DNA of 41,134 bases from a virus (taxonomy: Duplodnaviria; Caudoviricetes): positions 1-41,134 of IMG/VR virus record IMGVR_UViG_3300048851_000208. The stretch is one strand, 5' to 3'. The notes under the pieces were generated by a model that was given only the letters and a program-made list of their open reading frames with translations, did no database searches and was not told the origin of the DNA. Position 1 is the stretch's first letter. Each line of letters begins with the position of its first letter. This document shows positions 35,158 through 41,134 of this stretch, one piece after another. Both the position numbers and the translations under genes were made by a program.

Positions 35158-35243
35158 GTGTCCGCAAGTGGGCGGCAGCGGAAGGTCCGATTTCGGGAGC
35201 GGCGGCAAGAAGGCGGTCGGCCTAAATCGGGGAAAGCGGACGC
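35158..35243 (-). repeat. Composite cassette-junction repeat (complete, minus strand)
   Basis: Minus: GCGTCCGCTTT-CCCCGA-TTTAGGCCGAC, 22-nt linker, AAATCGGAC, CTTCCGCTGC-CGCCCA-CTTGCGGACAC. Confidence 0.85.
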
Positions 35244-35271
35244 GCCTCTGGGTCTGAGGGTCACACAGGCG

Positions 35272-35454
35272 TCAGGCGCGAGTTTGGTAGCCTGGGGTGC
35301 TGCTATGGCCGGGAGTGCCAGGGGAGGGTTCGTAGGGCACGTCTGACAGCATCGCGAGCAGCGAGGCCATGTCATCGTCCAAACCGTCGTCAGTGGGCCA
35401 TGCCGACAACAAGACGTCGCCGATGCCGGCGATTGTAGCGTCCCGCATGTTCAT
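35272..35454 (-). CDS. Small protein with weak NepR-like (anti-sigma) pattern
   Basis: IGDVLLSAW.....LDDDMASLLAML; upstream GGAAC-N16-GGTT. Confidence 0.45.
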   Translation of the reverse strand: MNMRDATIAGIGDVLLSAWPTDDGLDDDMASLLAMLSDVPYEPSPGTPGHSSTPGYQTRA

Positions 35455-35530
35455 CACTTTCAATGAAACGGAAGACCCACCGCTCAGCCATGAAGGGGGA
35501 GCATGGAAGGCGATGGGTCTCCGTTCTTTT

Positions 35531-35555
35531 AACCGTGGCTTGGTGTAATGGTTCC
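35531..35555 (-). promoter_or_regulatory. Putative EcfG/SigT promoter
   Basis: Minus strand GGAAC-cattacaccaagccac-GGTT. Confidence 0.5.
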
Positions 35556-35579
35556 GCTCACCGCTCGCGGATAGATGCG

Positions 35580-35876
35580 TCACCACCCGCGACGAATGCG
35601 GCGCACATCTTCGCGGGTCTTATCCTGGTGGCATGGCTTACAGAGGCTCTGGGTGTTGTCCCATTCATCTAGTCCGCCGAGCGCCTTTGGCTTGATGTGA
35701 TCGACTTCGGCTGCTGGTGTAACCAGACCACGCGCCGAGCAATGCCTACACAGTGGTTCAGCATCAATGCGCCTGTTCCTGAGCTTGCGCCACTCACCAT
35801 CGTAGCCTCCACCCAGGTTGATTGTCTTAGTCGGTGCTGCTGGGATAACGCCGAAGCGTGGAGTTCTCTTGGGCAT
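35580..35876 (-). CDS. HNH endonuclease (terminase-associated, HK97 gp74-like)
   Basis: Y..EW.KLR......PLCRHC, EVDHI.P...GG....N.QSLC..CH..KT; ATG 35876 is 4 nt after GCTAACTA. Confidence 0.93.
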   Translation of the reverse strand: MPKRTPRFGVIPAAPTKTINLGGGYDGEWRKLRNRRIDAEPLCRHCSARGLVTPAAEVDHIKPKALGGLDEWDNTQSLCKPCHQDKTREDVRRIRRGW

Positions 35877-35880
35877 CCAG

Positions 35881-35888
35881 TAGTTAGC
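35881..35888 (-). promoter_or_regulatory. Phage promoter motif GCTAACTA
   Basis: 4 nt before HNH ATG 35876. Confidence 0.7.
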
Positions 35889-35956
35889 TGATTGCTGTGC
35901 CACCAGGGTGGTTATAACAGAGAGGCGTTATTGGTGCTTAGCCAATACCCAGTGGG

Positions 35957-36802
35957 TCATGCCTGACGCTTAAGTATGTGGAGGAAGGCGTTTATCGTGT
36001 TAAGGTAGTGGTAGAACATCCAGCTAAGCCAGACTGCTTTGTCGTATTGTAGCTTTTGTTTCTGGTTCAAGTGCCTGATGCCGAAGTTGTTCGCTATGTT
36101 GAACAGCTCTTGTTCGTCCTCCTTCATCAGTGCCACCTTCAGTTGCGGACGTAACCACTCCAACACGTCTACCAGGTCACGAACGGCATCCTGTCGATCG
36201 GTCAAGCTGCTGCCATGGCGACGAAACTTCATCGTCGCATCGGTGACTTTCTGGGTCGTCGTTCGGTCGCTCGTGGGAAGGATTGCGCTGACTAACGTCT
36301 TCATGCCCTCGGGCGGGAGGCTTAGGACCTCTCCTTTCTCGGACAACTCCCAGCCGTCGCCGTAGCGGCCGAGCGGCAGGTTCATGCGCTCGCGGAACTC
36401 CTCGCGACCCAGATCGCGAACGAAGTCGCTGTAGTGGTATCCGCAATTGTTCCAATCATGGTAGCTCTTGGTGAGCGGCTTGCTGATGTGGTCGAAAAGG
36501 AACTCGATCAGCGTGAAAACGTCGTCCTCATCGAAGTTCTCGTAATTGTCCTCGATCGGCCAGAGGTTTGCGCGCTGTAGGGTGAGCCGCGTATAAGCGT
36601 CAGAGCTTCCGCCAACATATCCCGGTTCAAACCCGCGATCCACGCACGTGTAACCAAACGCCTCAACAAAGTAGCCGCTGTGTTCATAATGCTGGAAGGC
36701 GCTGTAGAGCAGCTCGCGGAGATCGATTAGCGACAAACCGCGCGCTGCCGCGCCATATTTCCGGGCCGCATAGTATGGTCGTGGCTTGATAACGTCGTCC
36801 AT
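35957..36802 (-). CDS. AbiJ-like / HEPN-type putative abortive-infection protein
   Basis: FTLIEFLFDH...GWELSEKGEV N-terminal domain; C-terminal AVRDL.DVLE and IANNFGIRH. Confidence 0.65.
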   Translation of the reverse strand: MDDVIKPRPYYAARKYGAAARGLSLIDLRELLYSAFQHYEHSGYFVEAFGYTCVDRGFEPGYVGGSSDAYTRLTLQRANLWPIEDNYENFDEDDVFTLIEFLFDHISKPLTKSYHDWNNCGYHYSDFVRDLGREEFRERMNLPLGRYGDGWELSEKGEVLSLPPEGMKTLVSAILPTSDRTTTQKVTDATMKFRRHGSSLTDRQDAVRDLVDVLEWLRPQLKVALMKEDEQELFNIANNFGIRHLNQKQKLQYDKAVWLSWMFYHYLNTINAFLHILKRQA

Positions 36803-36908
36803 GTCGCTCAGCGTAGCGGCTGAAGGGCGCACGCGGTAGCGCGATCGGCAAAAACTCCTACGCGGGGTCGTCGGACTGCTGGATCATCGCGGCATCGGAC
36901 GTCCTGGA

Positions 36909-37442
36909 TCAATCGTTCAAGCGCCTTACCAAGCTGCGTAGCCTCATGGCCTTCTGTTTGGCTGCGGGGTCCGGCGCTGGCTCTGCCTCTGGTGTGCTTC
37001 GCTTTTCGATGCGGTTCACGTTACATGGTTGGCAACTGATCTTCAGGTTCTCTGGTGTGTTGTTCTGGCGATCCCAATTCAAGTGATCGACCTGAATTTC
37101 CGTCCACTCCAGTTCTGTATCGCACCAATTACACGAGTGTGGACCGGGGCCATACTTGTCATAGGCGACCTTCCTGTGTTCATACACGGAGCCGGTCTTG
37201 TATGCGAGTGGATGGTCGGCGGCTTTGACGATCACATAGCCAGTCGCCTCGATGATCCAGCGGCCGTTGAACTCGGGCTTGCCAGGAGCCTTAAGCGCAG
37301 CCAGGCCCTCTTTCTTCCGCCGCATGTAGTGGGTGTTACAATGTAGGAGGTAGCCACCCCGTGTCTCTTTCCCGCAACCATCTTCGCAACAGATGCCCTT
37401 GGGTCGTCGTGCGTTCTTTCTTGGCTTCTTTGGCGTCTCCAT
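36909..37442 (-). CDS. HNH endonuclease with N-terminal Cys/His zinc motif
   Basis: C...GC......C.THY, YEHR, C.WC and VDHLN.DRQNN..ENL...C..CN; GCTAACTA-N4-ATG. Confidence 0.88.
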   Translation of the reverse strand: METPKKPRKNARRPKGICCEDGCGKETRGGYLLHCNTHYMRRKKEGLAALKAPGKPEFNGRWIIEATGYVIVKAADHPLAYKTGSVYEHRKVAYDKYGPGPHSCNWCDTELEWTEIQVDHLNWDRQNNTPENLKISCQPCNVNRIEKRSTPEAEPAPDPAAKQKAMRLRSLVRRLND

Positions 37443-37446
37443 CTTC

Positions 37447-37454
37447 TAGTTAGC
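37447..37454 (-). promoter_or_regulatory. Phage promoter motif GCTAACTA
   Basis: 4 nt before HNH ATG 37442. Confidence 0.7.
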
Positions 37455-37510
37455 CAGGGAGAGTTCTGGCTATTAACTGCGTGGTAATTGCGGCGGGCTA
37501 AGTGGCCCAT

Positions 37511-37804
37511 ATGTCTATCGTTCGCGTCTCCTTCCTTCTCGACACCAATCAGCTTGGCATTACCGATGATGTGGAGGCTGGCATCAACAACTTACTGCTG
37601 GCGCCTGCTCGCAAGACCCACATGGAAGCCCTTAAATCGGCCCGACTCAACGACAGTTTGTCCTCTGAAGACAAGACAGCTACGGTTGCTCTGCGGATGC
37701 GAGGGATGATGGGAAGCCTAATGGCACAGGCCAACATGACCGTTGAGGAAATGCCCTTGGGAACTAAAGTCACCATGGAACTGCCGTTTGAGCGAGACCG
37801 CTAG
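37511..37804 (+). CDS. Hypothetical protein
   Basis: 97-aa ORF divergent from the HNH gene, followed closely by 37808. Confidence 0.65.
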   Translation: MSIVRVSFLLDTNQLGITDDVEAGINNLLLAPARKTHMEALKSARLNDSLSSEDKTATVALRMRGMMGSLMAQANMTVEEMPLGTKVTMELPFERDR

Positions 37805-37807
37805 ACC

Positions 37808-38284
37808 GTGTCGCTGATGAACCTCCGCTACCTCACCGCCACCATTAACAACTTCTCTGCTGGCCCTTATGGCAACTGTTTTCAGAGGGCGGTAGCGCTC
37901 GTCATGGACGTGCCGACAGCCAAGCTAGTGGTAGGCACCTGCGAGGATCGCCAGGACAAGCACCTCTATCTTCACTGCTGGGTGGAGAACCGCGGCATCT
38001 ATCTCGATCCGTCGAAGTTCGAGGAACACGGCAACCAGATCAAACCGATCCAGAAGGACGCCTTTGTGGCGGTCTTAGGTGCGCGGGACATTCACGTGAT
38101 CGACCGCAAGTGGGTAATCGACTTTGCGCGTTCGGGGAACCTGAAGGACTGGATACTCAAGCGCGATGATACCTACCACACCCTCGGAGGTGTGATGGGC
38201 GAGGTCCTAATGGAGCGTCGAGGTATTCCCTATCGGGTTGATGAGCATGGCGCGCTGTTGCCGCTACCCCTAGCGCAGAACTAG
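37808..38284 (+). CDS. Hypothetical protein with Cys-His-Asp (papain/transglutaminase-like) pattern
   Basis: GNCF, HCWVE and YLDP motifs. Confidence 0.65.
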   Translation: MSLMNLRYLTATINNFSAGPYGNCFQRAVALVMDVPTAKLVVGTCEDRQDKHLYLHCWVENRGIYLDPSKFEEHGNQIKPIQKDAFVAVLGARDIHVIDRKWVIDFARSGNLKDWILKRDDTYHTLGGVMGEVLMERRGIPYRVDEHGALLPLPLAQN

Positions 38285-38308
38285 ATCTCGCATCGGGGGC
38301 GGAGATCT

Positions 38309-38515
38309 TCACACTCGAAAACCGCCGTTCTGCCCCCACGCGTCAAGCCATTCCTCTAGCTCCACATCGTCGGTGTCATCGGCCTCATCAATTTCCCGTT
38401 GTTCGTCGGGTGCGATGTAGACGGATACCGGCTCCATCAACGCCCAAACGTCTCGGTCTTCATAATCGAAGAAGAACAATCCCTCCAGGTAGGCGGCTGC
38501 TTCCTCGTAGGTCAT
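38309..38515 (-). CDS. Small acidic hypothetical protein
   Basis: 68 aa, strongly Asp/Glu-rich; SD GAGG; ATGA-coupled to 38512-38688. Confidence 0.65.
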   Translation of the reverse strand: MTYEEAAAYLEGLFFFDYEDRDVWALMEPVSVYIAPDEQREIDEADDTDDVELEEWLDAWGQNGGFRV

Positions 38516-38688
38516 GCCACGCCTCGGCCATTACAGTTGGAGCAAGTCCGCCACCTTGGCTTCCCCTCCTTCATGTAGAAGTCATTGCGGGAGCCGCCAC
38601 AGGACTGGCAGAGCTTGGGTAGGCGCGCGAGCGCCGCCTCCCTGTTTAGCTGCTTTATCGTCCTGATTTTGCGCTTGCGATGGAACAT
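38512..38688 (-). CDS. 58-aa zinc-finger protein (not in the ORF track)
   Basis: MFHRKRK...CQSCGGS...CSNCNGRG; SD AAGGA; stop overlaps the next ATG. Confidence 0.7.
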   Translation of the reverse strand: MFHRKRKIRTIKQLNREAALARLPKLCQSCGGSRNDFYMKEGKPRWRTCSNCNGRGVA

Positions 38689-38864
38689 GGCAGCACGTCC
38701 TTTACCGCCTTCATCAGCGCGCTAACAGTCCAGCACGGGCAAGCGCATGGTCAAGGGATCGGGCGTCTGTAACTTCGTCATCGTCGTGCTCGATCGCGAG
38801 AATGAGGGTCAGAACATGAACGCCAGGGGATGGATTTCTGGCGCCATGCCTCTTGCTCATCATC

Positions 38865-39173
38865 TCAGACGCCGCTCTGCCACTGGTCCAGCCGAACTAG
38901 CCAGCAATCGACGGCCTCGCAGTCGTTGAGGTTGTCCAGTAGCTTCCCGCCGATCTGTAGCAGCAAATCGAGTTCCGCGTCCTTGCTTGGCAAGGGGACC
39001 GCCGCCTGTAGTGCGCTGCCCGCAAGAGCAAGCCGCTCTCCGTCCACGATGCGCGTAGGAAACTGTATAATAGTCGCAGACATCGTTAACCCATCCGGTG
39101 CTTCGTTGTAGTCGTCGTGTATGTTCACACGACCAGCGAGCCTAATGGTTATTTCTGGTGGCTTGCGGATCAC
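38865..39173 (-). CDS. Hypothetical protein (start uncertain)
   Basis: ORF containing SATIIQFP, a common N-terminal motif of small alphaproteobacterial phage proteins; true start probably internal. Confidence 0.4.
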   Translation of the reverse strand: MIRKPPEITIRLAGRVNIHDDYNEAPDGLTMSATIIQFPTRIVDGERLALAGSALQAAVPLPSKDAELDLLLQIGGKLLDNLNDCEAVDCWLVRLDQWQSGV

Positions 39174-39281
39174 CAGAAAAGAATGAAATCAAGAGCCATA
39201 AAGGCGTTGTCCTGTTTAGGAGGCGATGTCTTATGTTCTGGGGCAGGCAACAATGCGCTGCTAGACCAGAGGAACTACACA

Positions 39282-39710
39282 GTGGCACGTTTCGACCCCA
39301 AGATGCTCGTTCCCGCACTGCCGGCCGATAAGGCAACCACGCAGCGCAGCACCAAGGACGTAGCGTTGGCGAACATCAACAAGATGAAGGAGCAGATGGC
39401 GGCCGGCGAGGGCGCAGAAGGGCGCAAGAACTTCAAGCCGATCGACGGCAACCGGATCGAGTTCACCATCCGCGTTTCCAACACGCCGCTGATCCTCGAA
39501 CGGACGAAGGTCGTGGACACCGAGGTCGAAGTGTGCGCGATGACGGTGCCAGCGGCCAACTTCACCGATGCGCTCGACTACTATGCGGATCGCATCAAGG
39601 CAGGCGAGTATGACGCGCAGCTTGCTGCTCTGACCGAGAAGAAGACGGCTCGCACGAACAAGCTGAAGCAGACCCGCGCAACGAAGATGGCCGCAACGCC
39701 CGCCAAGTAA
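39282..39710 (+). CDS. DUF6641-like protein, paralogue 1
   Basis: GTG start after SD AGAGGA; motif IKAGEYDAQL; basic tail. Confidence 0.75.
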   Translation: MARFDPKMLVPALPADKATTQRSTKDVALANINKMKEQMAAGEGAEGRKNFKPIDGNRIEFTIRVSNTPLILERTKVVDTEVEVCAMTVPAANFTDALDYYADRIKAGEYDAQLAALTEKKTARTNKLKQTRATKMAATPAK

Positions 39711-39732
39711 GCGCCCCTACACGACCTACCCC

Positions 39733-39757
39733 AACGGAGCCTTCGGGCTCCGTTTTT
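39733..39757 (+). terminator. Intrinsic terminator
   Basis: AACGGAGCC-TTCG-GGCTCCGTT followed by TTT. Confidence 0.85.
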
Positions 39758-39821
39758 GCCTGTGCTTGACACTCTGGTAAGCCTGTGTGCCTATCCTCCA
39801 CCCACACTTGTGGAGGACACT

Positions 39822-40370
39822 ATGGTCAGCTTTCTTAGTTTCGTTGATGACATGCTGGGCACCGGCTTCGACGCACCAAAGGACGAGAACGGTCCTCGTC
39901 GTAAGCGCCTCATCGCGATCATCGACAAGGCCAAGGAGCAGCGCAACGATGGCAAGACGCCACCCACGCGGGCCTGGAAGACCGGCCACAACAGCGCGAT
40001 CAGCTTCGCGCCTAAGTTGAACGGCAACCCGGTGCTGATCGGTGGCAAGGCGACCAATTACATCGCCGCGGACAAGTTCGACGCCGCCATGGATGCGTTG
40101 AAGAAGGACGTTGAGGCCGGCTTACTTGATGCGGAGATCAAGGCCGCACTCGAAGGCGGCGCGCCCGCTGGCGGGGTAGCGAAGCGCACTCGTGCGCCTG
40201 CGTCGGGTCTGGGCAACAAAGCGCAGCCCGACAACGCGGAGTGGATGGCCAAGTTCGTAGAGAAGTATGGCGCTGCGCCGAGCGCCGATTACGTCCCGAA
40301 CAGCAAGGGCACCAAGTGGGTCAGCGCAAAGAACGCAGAACGGGGGAAGAAGGCCAAGGGCGTAAGCTGA
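39822..40370 (+). CDS. DUF6641-like protein, paralogue 2
   Basis: SD GGAGG before ATG 39822; motif VEAGLLDAEI. Confidence 0.75.
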   Translation: MVSFLSFVDDMLGTGFDAPKDENGPRRKRLIAIIDKAKEQRNDGKTPPTRAWKTGHNSAISFAPKLNGNPVLIGGKATNYIAADKFDAAMDALKKDVEAGLLDAEIKAALEGGAPAGGVAKRTRAPASGLGNKAQPDNAEWMAKFVEKYGAAPSADYVPNSKGTKWVSAKNAERGKKAKGVS

Positions 40371-40374
40371 TACG

Positions 40375-40455
40375 GCGAATGCCGGTGGTCGAAACCACCG
40401 GCACCCAATGAAGATACTAGGAGCGCGACGAGCAAGCTACCCGTAAGCCCGTCGC
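40375..40455 (-). ncRNA. Candidate ~80-nt small RNA driven by the phage promoter motif
   Basis: GCTAAATA (40460-40467) + 4 nt leads straight into a hairpin, then a CUCCU-containing linker and a second hairpin; no ORF on this strand. Confidence 0.35.
40380..40403. terminator. Perfect 10-bp hairpin between convergent genes
   Basis: TGCCGGTGGT-CGAA-ACCACCGGCA. Confidence 0.65.
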
Positions 40456-40466
40456 ATTCTATTTAG

Positions 40467-40826
40467 CTAAACCTGAAGGTAGCCCAACTCACGCGCGGCG
40501 GCCGCGTATTGGCTAAGCGTCTTTGTCGGGCGGAAGCGGATATCGCGCTCCACGCGCAAGCCGCCCGGTCCCACCACGTCCCAGATTTCATCGATGCTGA
40601 TGTAGCCGAGTTCTGGGTAGCCAAGATCGGCCAGCCCGAACGCAAGGCCATCACCGGGGTCCATTTCGGTCAACAGCCATGTGCCGCTCGTCCAGGGCAG
40701 GAACAGCTTACAGACGGGCATGAAGTCGCGTTCGCCCCGCGTGCCCTTCAGAGCTAGCTGCTCGCGATGGTTGGCGTGAAGCTGCGCTAGAGCTTCGTCA
40801 CCGATGATGCGGAACCATTCGGTCAT
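40467..40826 (-). CDS. DUF2958 family protein
   Basis: PVCKLFLPW...TWLLTE, FGLADLG.PELGY.S..E and VERD..F motifs. Confidence 0.88.
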   Translation of the reverse strand: MTEWFRIIGDEALAQLHANHREQLALKGTRGERDFMPVCKLFLPWTSGTWLLTEMDPGDGLAFGLADLGYPELGYISIDEIWDVVGPGGLRVERDIRFRPTKTLSQYAAAARELGYLQV

Positions 40827-41134
40827 GCGCGGCCACCGATCTTGTAAACGGGCGTTTCGCCCGACCAATCGATGTTCTGGGCGATCCATTCGGGAACGAA
40901 CTCCCAGTCGAACGGCTGATCGTATTCGTCTTTGACCTTCGCCCAATCGGCATCGACCAACTCGGTCCAACGCAGGACCGCCAGACGCAGCCCGCTTGTT
41001 CCCATGTTCTCGCGGATACGCTGCGCTTGTGCGCGCAACCCTTTGTGGCCTGCCCCGCCGTTCAGTATCTCAAGAACGGCCTCCCAGAGACATGCTGCGG
41101 TCTCCAAGCTAGTTGCCGGGTATGTTTCCTTCAC
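40823..41134 (-). CDS. Hypothetical protein (may extend beyond the window)
   Basis: 103-aa ORF (ETAACLWEAVL...PFDWEFVP.W); ATGA overlap with the DUF2958 gene. Confidence 0.7.
   Translation of the reverse strand: MKETYPATSLETAACLWEAVLEILNGGAGHKGLRAQAQRIRENMGTSGLRLAVLRWTELVDADWAKVKDEYDQPFDWEFVPEWIAQNIDWSGETPVYKIGGRA

Larger units (their letters stand above)
1042..41134. mobile_element. Temperate siphovirus-like phage/prophage (HK97-type head, long non-contractile tail); boundaries not defined in the window
   Basis: Complete, ordered head-tail module on the minus strand (9.5-35.9 kb), endolysin, HNH genes and phage-type hypotheticals. No att sites or integrase seen. Confidence 0.9.

Noticed and set aside
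9512-35876. Gene transfer agent
   Set aside because: Terminase-associated HNH, P27-like terS, an 860-aa tape measure and many morons fit a cos-type phage better than an RcGTA-like cluster.
39766-39797. Sigma70 promoter TTGACA...TATCCT
   Set aside because: The spacer is 20 nt, too long to call confidently.
1-41134. tRNA, rRNA, integrase or att sites
   Set aside because: None recognisable by eye; tRNAscan and flanking sequence would be needed.

Overview
The window is mostly a temperate siphovirus-type (HK97 head, lambda-like non-contractile tail) phage or prophage, probably from a sphingomonad alphaproteobacterium (inferred from the accessory genes). A minus-strand morphogenesis module runs from about 35.9 kb to 9.5 kb: HNH, terS, terL, portal, protease, capsid, head-tail proteins, tail tube, frameshifted G/GT chaperones, tape measure, tail tip, fibre proteins and holin-like genes. 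An M15 endolysin sits apart at 1.9 kb. Host-like genes (Crp/Fnr, DUF6894, SRAP, PilZ) lie at 6-9.5 kb, and likely defence morons (P-loop ATPase, AbiJ-like) are inserted in the packaging region. I see no integrase, repressor or intact replicase. Three things stand out. (1) A family of composite ~86-bp repeats made of 11-6-11-bp inverted-arm sites (spacers CCACCC-like and CGCCCA) brackets small membrane or lipoprotein genes at three separate loci, like an integron- or pdif-style gene-cassette system with non-canonical sites. (2) An 8-bp motif G(C/A)TA(A/G)NTA precedes most late transcription units and sits exactly 4 nt before the start codon in nine genes without a Shine-Dalgarno (SD) sequence, suggesting phage-specific, largely leaderless per-gene promoters. 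(3) Three tail proteins have complementary ends, suggesting a donor-strand-complemented, pilus-like polymeric fibre. All family assignments come from motif recognition by eye, not database searches.
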